Notes under the pieces: generated by a model | Databases searched by the model: none | What the model was told of the DNA's origin: nothing | The model's input: only the letters and a program-made list of their open reading frames with translations | Program-made: the position numbers and the translations under genes | Source of the DNA: Lama glama | Taxonomy: Eukaryota | Reading direction: 5' to 3' | NCBI GenBank assembly: GCA_028534125.1 | Contig: CM052817.1 | Span: 102,426,001 to 102,490,000 of the forward strand | Length of the DNA: 64,000 nucleotides | Shown: piece by piece, positions 52,005 to 64,000 of the stretch | How positions within the stretch are numbered: position 1 is the stretch's first letter | Layout: every line of letters begins with the position of its first letter

Positions 52005-53508
52005 GAGGCCCTCCTGTGTAGGCTGTGCACCCCTAATAATTTTGTCACCAAGTCTGTTTTTAGTGCAGATGGTTGCCACGTCTTTCTTCCATGTATGTTG
52101 GCTGCTCTCCCTTTGAATGGGGCTGTGGCTGGTGGTGGTGTGACCAGAGCCTGCCCTGGCTGTGGAGGGGGGCCTCCTTTTTGTTCCGTGGTTGTCAAGC
52201 CCCGACAGGGGCTGGGTCTGTTCCCCTGTTCTTTGAATTAGAGACTGCCAGCCCCACTTCTGAGCTGTGGTGTTTGGTAGGCGGGGTTGGGCGCTGCAAG
52301 TACTCTGTCGAACCTGCCCTTATGCACGCTTTGGCCACAGACACGTCCATGTGCTGCTCTGGTTTCCCCCACGTTCTTTGCCCTGAGAGCCACCAGTGCA
52401 GCTCCACTGACTTCTGGGTCGCACACCTGATCGTGGTGCACTGTTGGGGTCAGCGCTGTCCCCAGCACCAAAGGCCACTCCCGCGCTCGCCCCGCTGCGC
52501 GAACTCCACTCACTCGTTCCAGAGGCCCACGGGTCACGCCACCAGGTCTCGCCGCAGTGTCAGCGCGTTCCCAGCACCGGGTCCACGCCTGGTAGGCAGG
52601 CGGGCTCACAGAAAACAGGCCCCCCCAGCCCTGGCCCCCGCTGCGTGCAGAGCTCCACTCCTTGCTTGTTAGTCTTAGAGGCGTGGGTCCACAAAGGCAC
52701 CTCCGGAGCAAAATGGTGCCTGGGGCTGTAAGTAAATCTGTCCTGCCTATGAAGTTGCAGAGCCCTTGGGTACAGATTCAGGTTCCAACCCCACCTCGAC
52801 CCTGGAGCTGCACCGGCATTATACGGTGGCTGTGGCCGAGCCCATCTCTCTCCTCCTGAGAGTGCGCCAGTGGCAGTGCGGTGGGTCTTCAGAGACAAAG
52901 GCCACCACCCAGCCACGTAGCGCCCCTCCCCTCAACACGCACCAGCAGTGCTGCCTTCTTTTTTATTCTTAAAAATTTTTTAAAATGGGGAACCCAGGCT
53001 CTGTTCTATATACATTCTCAGCCACGGCACACAGCACACTCCAGTCCCCTGAGGCTGCCTCTGCACAGTGGGCCCCAGTCCTCCGCCCGCCTTGGGCAGC
53101 CAGTCCCCGCCCACCCCCACTGGCTCGTCTAGTCTAGGGCTGGGGATCTCAGGGACATTTTAGGCCCATTTCACTTAGTTCTGTCAGCCAAGGGCTGCTG
53201 TGCACTGATCCAAGCCTCGGAGGCTCCCCCTCCATCCCCGCTGACCTCTCTGTTGGAGGGGAATCCCAGCATAAGAACGCTGTTCCTCCGTTGCTGCTCC
53301 CCCGCAACAGATCCCTCACTAATTTCCTTTTTTCTCCTTTTTTTTCCTCCTACCAGATTTGTGATGAATTTTGTCTTTTGAAGAAGGCGATGTTCTGTCA
53401 AAGTTCAGCAGGTGTTCTGAGTGAATGGGTGGGTCCGTGGATGTCTCTCTTGGTGGGAGAGGCTGAGATAAGAGTGCTCTTCTACTCTGCCATCTTGGCT
53501 GCTCTCTC
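52005..53508 (-). mobile_element. Orphan LINE-1 5'UTR/promoter (~1.5 kb) with no ORF1/ORF2 attached
   Basis: 52600-53508 aligns collinearly by eye with the L1 5'UTR at 24620-25475 (shared gcctcggaggctccccctc, ctaccagattt, agttcagcaggtg, cttctactc..ccatcttg). YY1-type GCCATCTT at 53489-53496. 52005-52600 is assigned to the distal 5'UTR from recall only. Confidence 0.8.
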
Positions 53509-56472
53509 ACAATTTCGAAGATTTTTAATTCATCTTCAAAAAAAAAGTTTTGACTTTACTTTATTAATTCTGTGTAATCCAATTTCTATTCCACTCACAT
53601 TCTTTACAGGGGAAGCCCGCGTGTTAAGAAAATGAAAGTAACTTCATGTAATCTGACATAAAGGCAAGTCATTGCAGAGGGCGACCAGGGTAAAAATAAG
53701 TGAACTTCATTGAAGCACAAAGTTTTGTGCCTACATTGGAGAACGCAGGCAGCCTGGTCCCTAAGGAGAGAGCTGCCCACTTGGAGTTCTCCCAATTAAG
53801 AAAACTGAGGCAATTTAAAATGCAATTTCCCTTTTTTATAGTTGTTTGAGCTGTTGAGGTATAAATCAGCTTTAGCTGGACTACACTGAATTTTTGCCTG
53901 GGGTGGGTAAGAGTAAATGTAATTACAAAAATACCAGAATGATACATTTATTTCCTTTCAAGTTAATTTTAGAAATTAAAGACATGTTCTTCTTTTCAAA
54001 AATCAATAATATATATTGCTACAAAAATTGATGAAACACAAATATTGTGTTTATATTATTTAAAATTTATGATTGAACGTATGTTATCAAAAAAGCCATT
54101 GATTTCCAGAACCAACTGTTGCCAAACTCCTGCTCAGTCTCTTCTCTCCTTCTTGTGTAATTACTGCTTCACTGGACTATGAGTGATTTCTTTTTTATTA
54201 ATATTTTTTTAATTCAACGAGGCATTGCACTTTTTAAAGAAGTTATTGTGAATGCTGTTTAGATTTTCTAAATATCAGACAGTGATTTATCTTCTTTTTC
54301 TGGGAATTACTCCCTGTGAAAATTCCCCAAGAGCAACAGCTAAGACTATCTGAAGGGCCTGAGTAATTTGATTTTCATAGGCCCGTGGACCATGCACACT
54401 TGCAAGGGTTGAAAGAGCATCTCCGTCTATTCCAGCTCAAGACACTTTACAGATGAGGCCTCGTGACTCTCAGTGATCTCACAAACCATCAGCTATGAGT
54501 TGCAAAAGCTAAGACTGATGTTAAGAAAGTTCTGCATTCAGTTACCTGTCATTTAATCTTTACAATGTCTGTGTATTTAGAAAGGATTTTTGAAATATAA
54601 CTAATAGCATGGCATTCACCACTGTTCCTGGTACTTCGCATTACTGGGGATCACCAGTGCTGACCTGTCTGGGGCATAGCAAAACCTGACTTCTCTGTAC
54701 GGTTCCTGTATGAATATACTGGTGTGGTCATTACTTTTTGAATATGTAGCCAAAGGTTATTACTGTCACATTTGCTTTTGTTAACAAACCTAGGTCATCC
54801 AATATCCATGTTTACTGTTGCCTCACAATACTAAAATGAGAATCAAAAAGAAAGAAGGTGAATTTATAAGGTATCTGCTCCACGTTGTTAAGAAATGCCA
54901 TGGCTTGTCATTTATTATTTGTATTTTAAACTGTAATGTGCTTTACTTGTCATGAGCATCTCAAAAATTTTAGTCACTCCTTGGTATTATGTCATTTGAT
55001 CGTTTCTAAGATGGACTTTTGGGGGGTTTTGTATTCATGAGAGGCACCTTCAAATGGCAGGTTTTGTCTTTGTGTTTATGAACTGTAAAGGGCTTCCCTG
55101 GCATCCAGCAGCCAGAGGAGCAGAGATCTGCCTCTGCCTGCTGCGCTCATTTCCAAAGCACTCACGTACTTACTTCCTGCTCACCCCTGTGGCCCTGCGC
55201 TGAGACATCAGAGGGAGTCTGTGAGTAAAAGCATGCCTTTTGTCTACTCCGCATTCTTGGATGACTGTGCTGTCCAAGCAGAAAGAGAGAAGCACCTCTG
55301 CCTTACTCTGCTTCACTGATGCCTAACACGGATGATGTTAGAGATGATGTATCACTTTATGACCCTTGACACAATAGGTTTGATTCTGCTTAATCCTCAA
55401 AATTCTCCTCTGAAACATTCCCATTTTAGAGAGACGAAATGGAGGCTCAAAGGTTGCCAATGACTGGTCTGAGTTTATTTAGCAATAAATGGCAACACCA
55501 GGCCTTACCCTCAGGGTTTCTGCCTCCTTCTCTTACATCACAGCTGCCTCAACCTGTTCTTAATTTATTAATAAACTGGATTCATTTGAGTCATGATTCT
55601 TTACAATATTAAATGTGAATTCCTTGTTTTGCTCCATGTTCTTAAGTTATGGTTGTCAAAAAACAACAACTAAATCCTGTCTGGCTGGAGCTGCTGCCTT
55701 TAACCTTTCTGAAGGACTAACTTTCCAGGGCAGGACTGGGGCCCTCATAATAAGGTGCTAGCCAGCCAGGAAGGAAGCTAGAAAAACCCCCTCCCAGGAG
55801 GTGATGGATTCCTGTCAGGAACACTCCGGGGAGCACTGGGTTAGGAGGCTCCATGAAAAGGTGTCTGTTCTTTTTCCTCTACCTCCGAAGGGTAGTTCAA
55901 AAGCCTTTATTTTCCATGCCCTGAGAGTCAGCTGGTTAGGGCCTCCATTTGTGTCCAGGGGGCCAGAACTGAGCATAGGCAGAGGAACTGAAGATAGACG
56001 GGTAGCGAGATCAGAGGAAAAACAAGTGTTAAGATGATCATAATGTCTGTGCCTGGTGATTTAATGATCTTAAAAAATATAAGAAAAACAACAAAATCAT
56101 CCTAAAGGGGGACAATAATTCAAAAGTACAAAGTTTAGAAAGCCAAGTGCACCAGGCTTAGGGAAAAGAAGGTGGTCTAAGAGGGAAGAAGTCTGAAACA
56201 CCTCATTTAGGTTCCACTTCTGACTCTGTGCCCTCAGGCAGATGCCCAGCACCTGTGCCTTCCCCACCCCAGGCGCCCATTCCTGTGTCTAAGAGGGTGG
56301 AGGACTACTGGCCACTCAAGTGCTGGGGCCTTTCTGGTGAAGGTGTACTATTGACCAGAACCCTAACCAGACCTTTCTCACCATGGCAGTAAAATAACTT
56401 GGTGTTTAGCACTGGAACTCGTGGCACTAGAGGAGCATGGAAATAAAGTCCAAATTTAAAGAAAAGCTGTGG

Positions 56473-57656
56473 CGAACTGCATTCCCACTAGCAGTGTAGG
56501 AGGGTTCCCTTTTCTCCACACCCTCTCCAGCATTTATCATTGATGGACTTTTGAGCGATGGCCATTCTGACTGGTGTGAGGTGATACCTCAAGGTAGTTT
56601 TGTTTTGCATTTCTCTGATAATTAGCGATATTGAGCATTTTTTTCATGTGCCTATTGGTCATTTGTAATGTCTTCATTGGAGAATTGCTTGTTTAGGTCT
56701 TCTGCCCATTTTCGTATTGGTTTTTTTTTATTATTATTATTAAGTTGTATGAGCTGTTTTTATATTCTGGAAATTAAGCCCTTGTCAGTCTCATCTTTTG
56801 CAAATATTTTTTCCAGTTCGTAGGTTGTCCTTTTGTTTTGCTTATGGTTTCCTTTGCTGTGCAAAAGCTTTTGAGTTTAATTAGGTGCAGCTGTTATGGA
56901 AAACAGTATGGAGATTCCTCAAAAAACTAAAAATAGACTTATCATATGATCCAGCAATCCCACTCCTGGGCACATATCCAGAGGGAACTCTAATTCTAAA
57001 AGATACATGCACCCCAATGTTAATGGCAGCTCTGTATACCATAGCCAATACATGGAAACAATGTAAATGTCCATCAACAGATGACTGGATAAAGAAGTTG
57101 TGGTATAATTTATACAATGGAATACTACTCAGCCATAAAAAGAATAAAATAATGTCATTTGCAGCAACATGGATGGACCTAGAGATCATCATACTAAGTG
57201 AAGTAAGTCAGACAGAAAGACAAATATCATGTGATATCACTTATATGTGGAATCTTAAAAAAAAGACAAACTTATTTATAAAACAAAAACAGACTCACAG
57301 ACATAAAAAACAAACTTAAGGTTACTGGGGGGTAAGGGGTGGGAAAAGATAAATTGGGAGTTCAAGATTTGTAGATACTGCTATATATAAAATAGATAAA
57401 CAAGCTTATACTGTAGAGCACAGGGAACTATATTCAATATCTTTTAGTAGCCTATAATGAAAAAGAATATGAAAATGAATATATATATGTATGACTGAAC
57501 TATTATGCTGTACACAAGAAGTTGACATAACATTGTAAACTGACTATACACAAATATAAAAGAAAGAAAAAGAAGGAAAGAAAGAAAGAGAAAGGAAGAA
57601 AGGAAGGAAGGAGGGAAGGAAGGAAGGAAGGAAGAAAGAAAGGAAGGAAGGAAGAG
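56473..57656 (+). mobile_element. 5'-truncated L1 with twin-priming 5' inversion
   Basis: 56475-56885 is antisense ORF2; 56882-57560 is sense ORF2 end plus 3'UTR; the tail has degenerated to (GGAA/GAAA)n. TSD GAAAAGCTGTGG (56461-56472) / GAAAAGCTCTGG (57657-57668). Confidence 0.9.
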
Positions 57657-60600
57657 GAAAAGCTCTGGGATCTAAGTTTAGGGTTGGATATTTCTCTGAG
57701 CTTCCAGGACTGGGCACAGCAGGTACTCAGTAAATGAATGGGTGACAGGTGGCTGAACTGATGGGAGGTCAGAATTCCCCAGTGGTGGTGGACCTGGGAG
57801 CAAAGAGCCTGCAGTTCAGTCCTGATCCACACTAACAAGGTGAGGAGACAGTTATAACCTCAGTTTCTTCTTGTGTAAAATGGAGATGACACCTGATAAG
57901 GTTATAAGGATTAAGTGAGAAAATGCTTATTAGTTTAGTGCTTCACACCCAGGAAGCCCAGGATATTGTGATCTTCTACTCCTCCGCAAAGGCATCTGAG
58001 GAAGAGGGAGTCTTCAGAGGTATGAAATCCACAGGTAGGAAGTCTGCTAGCCTTCCAGGCTTCTGCAGGACTCTTCCCCTTGTCCTTGAGGACAGGAACT
58101 CTTTCTTCTGGGACCCGCGATGGGATCTAGAGACAGGGGTGAAGCCTACAAGTTAGATGCCCCAATTTAAGCCTTCTTTGCACAGAACCCCAACAGAACC
58201 TTGGCCGTAGGGAGAAACAGACCCCGGCCCGAGCAGAGCAGAGGGACCCACTCGCAGGTGGGGATGCTGCTGTCTTTCAACTTTGGACTTCGCGCTGGAC
58301 GGTAGGGAAGCGGTGGCCAAGGAAAGAGCTGACAGTTGAGTGAAGCCCACATGTTGACCGGAAGGCCAGAACTCTCAGAATCTCCCCGCCAGATCTGGCG
58401 ACCCATTCGAGTTCTTTCAGCCCATTTGTACACTGAAACTTGTTGCATGTAGCCACCTTTCCTACAATTGGGGAACAAGGGGTCTTTCTAGCCAGCCAGA
58501 TTCACTTCTCGACCAATGACCGCTTCTGGTTTAGGAAGGAGAACGTTCTGGTGTTAGATTTCTCTTGGGCCTTTCCTTCTAATAGCCGTTGTCTTCTTTT
58601 AGTTTGGCTAAAATTGATTCAGGCAGGAAAATCTTAGTGGGAATGTGAGCTCATTAGTGTATATACATATTATTTATGAAGTGTGTCTCTAAGGAGCCAT
58701 TAAAATGTGGCCGCTCAGCCATAGAAATACACATAATGCAGCCCTGAGAACGTGAAGAAGCGGCTTTTTGCAAGGGAAGATTTCAATGATTGCTGAAGTG
58801 TAAGGGAGGGGAGGGAATCAGTTCAGTCAACAAGAGCTCATTCGACGCTGCATTTTCTCAGCTGAAAGGCAGCCTAATCCTCGCTAAGCCCTCCCCGCTT
58901 AATAGGTTTGAGGAGATTTCAGAAACCGGACAAATGAAGATGTTCCACTGTCTCCTTTGAGTTTCCAGAAGCCGAATCCCCGGCAGGCAGGGCAGGAGGA
59001 GAGGGCTGCTTTGGGCAGTTTCATTGGGAAAATTAATTTATGTAATGGCATAATATTCTGGCTTAAAAATTGGGAGTTAACCCTGGCAAACAAAAACTTT
59101 CAAGAAACTATGGAGACAGCCCCCGCCCCATTAATTTCCCAAGGCAGCAGAATCCCTACATCTTGAGCAAAGTACTCCGATTCATGCCTCATTTTAATCT
59201 CATCTCCGTTTTTTTCAGAAGCGGCCAAAATAATTAACCTTACCTGGAAAGAAAGAAAAACCAAACGTAAATCAGCTTGGCGTCGCCCACCTCTCCCAAA
59301 ACGCCGTGGGAGTGCGGCCATTGAGGAGGGTCTCTAGGCGACTGCTCCGTAATATTTTCCTTTTTATCTGAAAAAAGACCTCTGCGGAGCCGTAAGCAGT
59401 TCCTCATGCTTTTTGTCCCCCCCGCACATTCGCCGGGTGCAGACGGTCGCAGGCATTACAGGCCGGGTTAGTGACCACTGGAGACGGAAATCGCTAATTA
59501 CCGAGTCGCCTTTGATCTGCCCGGGCCGTTTGGCCTGTGACCCTGGAGGCTCCGGTGTCCGCGCTTTCCCAGAACTGGACCAGACCAGCGCGTCCTGAGC
59601 CTAAGGGCCCGACGTCGGTCTGGATCAGGCTTCTACGACTGCCCGGAGTTCCAGTCCATCCGCTGAGCTGGTGGGCTGCCGGTCGCTAACGAGCGCCTGC
59701 GTGCGGAGCGGTTTGATTCGTTTAAGCTACTCGCTAACTGCGCTGTTCTTTAAATTTTGGGATAAGACTGGGGAGATAAATGTCTTAAAAGATTTCCACG
59801 TGCATTGCCTCTCTCCCCTTCCCCACCTTCCTCTTTCGATCCGTTTGTGGGGAATGGAGTTTTCTTCTCTTTGCTGGGACTGTAGTGTGATTCGAAATCG
59901 TTTGGGAAATGAACAAAAGTCACCAGCAAGCGGGGCGACTGGGGCAGAGCGCTGAGGGCAGACAGGGGGTGGGAGCAAAGGCCGGGCCTCGGAGGATAAT
60001 GGGGAGCCGGCTTCCTCCCCGTCTGGTCTCCAGGGTCCCCTTCATCTTCCAGGTAAGATGAATGTCCCTTCATCCATCATCCGCAGGGAGCCCCTCCCCC
60101 AGGCGGGCGAAGAATCTGCTTGCTGACGAAACCTATTAGCCCCGCACTGGGCGGCTTTGTGGAGGCAACCGAGGCTCTCCATTGTGGCCTTTGTCCGAGG
60201 AATTCAAGCATTTACATAATGTGTTATCGCGGAACTCTGCGCTGGGTCGGGACACCAAGTGCGGAGCCCAGGGCGGACGTCGTGACCGCAGCTCCCGGGC
60301 CCGGGCGCTCCCCAGGGCCCCTCGCCGGTGCACCTGGGGCCCGCCGCAGGCGCTCGCGCAAGGAACTCAGTGCCTCTTCCTTCCTCGGCCACCTCGGAGG
60401 GCTGCGCTTTAAAAGGGAGCAGCAAAGTTTCGGTGGGTGAACCGAAGCTGGGTCCATGTGACCCTAAAGTCGAAGAAATAAAATTTCGACATTAATCCGG
60501 CTCTCCGGGAGGACGTTGGGCGCTTCGCCGTTTTACTCGCTGACCGTTGGGAGCGGTGCGCTCAACGGTCACTGGTGCCTCGGAGCGCCGAGGCGCCTGG

Positions 60601-61109
60601 GGTTCCGATGGCTCGCGGGGTCGCTCCCTACCCGCGCGCCAGCCCAAAGCAAGCGTCCTTCGGGACTTTTAAAGGGTAGAAAGTTGCGTGATGTGCGGGA
60701 CCACCGCTCTCCGGAGTTCAGGAGGGAGTCTGCAGGCTTTCGAGGCGCTCACACTTCTCAGAGTTAATGCAAACATTTGAGTAACACTTGTTCTCCGGGT
60801 ATCCAACCTTTTAGAGGGAGGTGATTGTGCTCAGAAATCTCGTTTCAGGGGAATTTCCACCAAAAACGTCCCAGAAAGTGCCCAGAGCGTGCCCCACTCT
60901 AGACAGGTGCAGGATCTTTTGTGCGGCCACGCTCGGCCTCTATTCTCCAAACACGGCCGCGTAGAGGCGGGAAGTGCTAAAGTCTCGAATGCGACAGGAA
61001 GCCTGAGCTTGTAAAGGGGTCGCGGGGCGGAACCCCAGAAGCCGAGAGGCTGCTGGTTGCTTGCAAAGAGCCTCGAGTACCGGCCGTCCCCGCGGCGCTC
61101 CGCGCTCGC

Positions 61110-61185
61110 CGCCGGCGCCCAATCAGCGCTCTCGCTGGGTTTGTGACGGCGTTCAGCCCCGCCCCCTCGACGGCAATAAAAGGCC
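61110..61185 (+). promoter_or_regulatory. LRAT core promoter: CCAAT box, GC box, TATA-like element
   Basis: CCAAT at 61119-61123, CCCCGCCCC at 61157-61165 and CAATAAAA at 61174-61181, in canonical order upstream of exon 1. Confidence 0.7.
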
Positions 61186-61204
61186 TTAGAGAATTCGCCA
61201 CGCA

Positions 61205-61445
61205 GAGCACCGCGCGCGGCCCTGCGCCCCGGCCCGGCCACCAGGTGCTGGTCCCCGCCTGCTGCCTGCGGCGCGGGTCCCACTGTCCAGCCACCAGCCG
61301 CCGCCGCCGCCAGTTCCTTACCCTTCTCAGTCCGCAGTGCGGTTCGGCCAAGCCAATCTCCAGGCTTCTCCCTCTCCCTTTTTTCTCGCCCTCCCTCCTC
61401 CTCCGCAGCCGGCTTGCCCCGCGGCCCGGAGCGGCTGGCTGGCAG
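61205..61445 (+). other. LRAT: LRAT non-coding exon 1, followed by a 100-bp intron (61446-61545); 5' boundary approximate
   Basis: Consensus donor CAG|gtgagc at 61446 and polypyrimidine-CAG acceptor ending at 61545. Start estimated ~25-30 nt downstream of the AT-rich box at 61174. Confidence 0.7.
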
Positions 61446-61546
61446 GTGAGCAGCGGCGCAGCGCCCTGTCTCGCCAGCTCACCTTGCCAGTCCCGGCCGG
61501 CGCCCGAGGGGCGGCAGTCCCCCTAAAACTCTCTTTTCCCTGCAGG

Positions 61547-62083
61547 ATGAAGAACCCGATGCTGGAGGCGGTGTCCCTAGTGCTGGAGAAGCTGCTCCTT
61601 ATCTCCAACTTCAAGCTCTTCAGTTCGGGCACCCCGGGTGAGAACAAGGCAAGGACCACTTACAGTGTAAACTCTTTCCTCCGCGGCGACGTGCTGGAGG
61701 TGCCCCGGACCAACTTCACACACTATGGCATCTACCTGGGCGACAACCGTGTCGCCCACATGATGCCGGACATCCTGTTGGCCCTGACCGACGACAAGGG
61801 GCTCACGCAGAAGGTGGTCTCTAACAAGCGTCTCGTCCTGGGCGTCATTGTCAAGGTGGCCAGCATCCGCGTGGACACGGTGGAGGATTTTGCCTACGGT
61901 GCCGACATCCTGGTCAATCACCTGGACAAGTCCCTCAAGAAAAAGGCGCTGCTCAACGAAGAGGTGGCTCAGAGGGCGGAGAAGCTGCTGGGCACGACTT
62001 CCTACAGCCTACTGTGGAACAACTGCGAGCACTTCGTGACCTACTGCAGGTTCGGCACCGCCATCAGCCCCCAGTCGGACAAG
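61547..62083 (+). CDS. LRAT: Lecithin retinol acyltransferase, first coding exon (179 codons; the remaining C-terminal exon is not in the window)
   Basis: Translation [22 protein letters not shown]...[18 protein letters not shown]...[18 protein letters not shown]...SPQSDK has the LRAT/NlpC-P60 HYGIY and NCEHFV motifs (His59, His71, Cys160 here). Acceptor ctcttttccctgcag|G lies just before the ATG, and donor AAG|gtacga is at 62084. Confidence 0.98.
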
Positions 62084-63536
62084 GTACGACGCGTGACTCG
62101 CCGGTGGGCTCGGTGAGGACGCCCCCTCCCATCCCTAACCTTTTCTCTCCCCTGGGTTTGAGCAGGGATTGAGTTCTAGACTTAGGAAGGAGTCCTCTGA
62201 TCTTCCTCGGGGAGGCCAAGTGAATACATAAGTGGCAACGTGCCTTGCAGGATATCTCGAAATGCACAGTGAAAGAGTGTGGCAGTGCAGTACAGTTGCC
62301 AGCGATGCCAGAGAGCTGCCCAGTTATTGCTGCGGAAGTCATCATGGTGTCCCCCAGCGTAGCTGAAATATGACAAAGGGCAGGTAAATGGGACAGTCAC
62401 AGAAAATCTGTCACCCTGTGCTTGCAACTTTACCCAAGAATTGCAGTTGGAAGGAAAGTGTCCAGAGTTTATATCTAATCTATAACACTGTATAGTACAA
62501 ATGTTGCCCCTTTAAAATAAGGACGCATGCAGTTTCCCCCTAAGCTGCAGAGAGTGAATTTCCTTTGCTTAATAATAAACTACCAAGATTCCCATTAAGA
62601 AGACCTCCCAGGTAGATCCCTTCCTCCTGTGTCTGGGCTTCAGAGAAGTCTTTTCCTTGGTATTCTGAATTCTTTCAGTATTGGCTTTAATCCCCATCTA
62701 GACTTCCTCATTGTTAAGCATCCTTTACCCACTAGTCCCACAGATAGGTTAGTTTGTTTACAGGTTCCCCAGAGATCAAAACAATTGATTTTCAAGAAGA
62801 GCCATTAAATGTTGGAAGGTCGTTTTTATGGCTACTTTAAAAAGGAAAAAAAAAAGTTCGAATTTAAGATGATTACATTAGGTACAAACCCAAAGGAAAA
62901 ACAGTGGATTTTTATTAACTTTTGAAACCTCTTCACTTGTAAAGTTAACATTTTAAGCCTGCAACTTCATTTGCAATTGGAAGCTTTCTCAGCCTTCCCT
63001 GCAGTGGCTAAAGAGGTATTGTTAATGTGTGCCCTTCACTATGAAAACCTGGGCAATCACAAAAGAAGCTTCAGATTTTACTCTTCATCTTAGATATTTT
63101 GGGACCAAAGAATCTGAGGCCATGTAACCAATTTTCTATTGCTCTACATCTTAATTTTTGGACCCATATAGGAAAATCTTTCCTCTGTGGCAGAGCAGGA
63201 AAGTATAATGCTTGTATACATCAGTGTCTAAAACTCTATAGATTATTTATAAAGCCGCGAGAGACTCAATCTAGGAATTATTTTCTAAGTAAAATAAAAA
63301 TACAATTAGAGCACTGTGCAGTGATTCAAGACTCACAGCTCCAGTCCAGGCCTGTCTAGAAATGAACTTCACCACATTTACAAACACTGGCTCCAAAAGT
63401 GTTCAAAAGGAAACACGTCAGATTTACTCAGGACCCAAAGCAAATCATTTCTCTAAGGAAAAACAGTATTTCTATCCCGTAATTAGGAGTTACCCTTTCA
63501 TGGAACACATATAGCACTGTATTACATACTTCTACC

Positions 63537-63539
<3 letters not shown>

Positions 63540-63582
<43 letters not shown>
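63540..63582. repeat. (CA)n microsatellite in the LRAT intron
   Basis: Pure CA run of about 21 units. Confidence 0.97.
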
Positions 63583-63585
<3 letters not shown>

Positions 63586-64000
63586 CAGTACAAGTGCTTT
63601 CTTAAGGTAGTAAAATATTTAATCTGCATAAACAACTAGCTGGAGTAGTTTTTCATCTTTGGAAAGTTTGGAAGGTTTCACAGAAGTAGAGAAGTGTTTT
63701 AATTGCTATTTGCTGCATAGCACCTCTTGTGAAGTTGAGTTTTTGTCCTCGCTTTGAATGGTCTAACAAACAGCTTGGCCACAGAGTAGATTTCCTGGGG
63801 AGGGGGGAGAAAAAAATCCCCATCCCAAATATTCCAATTCTAAGGAGTGTTTTTGAACATGCCCTAAGAGAAGTAGGTCATTAATACTGAAGGAGGACTG
63901 GTTTCTATTTTTCAGAAGCATAAGGAATGACCTGATTCTGGGACGAATTGTGGAGTTCTCCATATATACAGCTATTATCAGCTCAACAGGAGAGTTGCAG

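Larger units (their letters stand above)
59260..62120. promoter_or_regulatory. CpG island over the LRAT upstream region and first exons
   Basis: Visibly GC- and CpG-dense, repeat-free sequence compared with the CpG-poor, AT-rich remainder of the window. Confidence 0.85.

Noticed and set aside
59400..61350. Many overlapping GC-rich ORFs (also 24200-25480 and 52070-53130)
   Set aside because: Expected stop-codon scarcity in CpG islands and L1 5'UTRs; no protein similarity.
61337..61546. 70-codon N-terminal extension of LRAT in the ORF track
   Set aside because: Starts at a non-ATG codon and reads through exon 1 and the 100-bp intron. The true start is ATG 61547, and the ORF tail after 62083 is intronic.

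Overview
Mammalian genomic DNA, most likely a camelid (inferred from several copies of a tRNA-derived SINE of the Vic-1 type). It covers about 61 kb of repeat-rich intergenic sequence and ends in the CpG-island promoter, exon 1 and first coding exon of LRAT (+ strand, ATG 61547; the last coding exon is outside the window). No other host gene is supported. The main non-routine structures are: (1) a minus-strand class III ERV-S-like provirus (46866-52004) with tRNA-Ser PBS, short 5' LTR, ERV-L-type pro/pol and gamma-type env. It has internal deletions in gag and RT, lacks a 3' LTR, ends in an 82-bp copy of its own integrase sequence, and sits directly behind a co-oriented orphan L1 5'UTR. (2) A ~545-bp inverted duplication (40018-40562 / 42346-42885). 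(3) A solo LTR carrying a polyadenylated antisense copy of the same LTR family inserted at the homologous position, forming a fold-back (37214-38142). (4) A TSD-flanked L1 with open ORF1 that appears to lack most of ORF2, and a twin-primed L1. Repeat family names come from recall and by-eye alignment, not from a database search; boundaries of old repeats are approximate.
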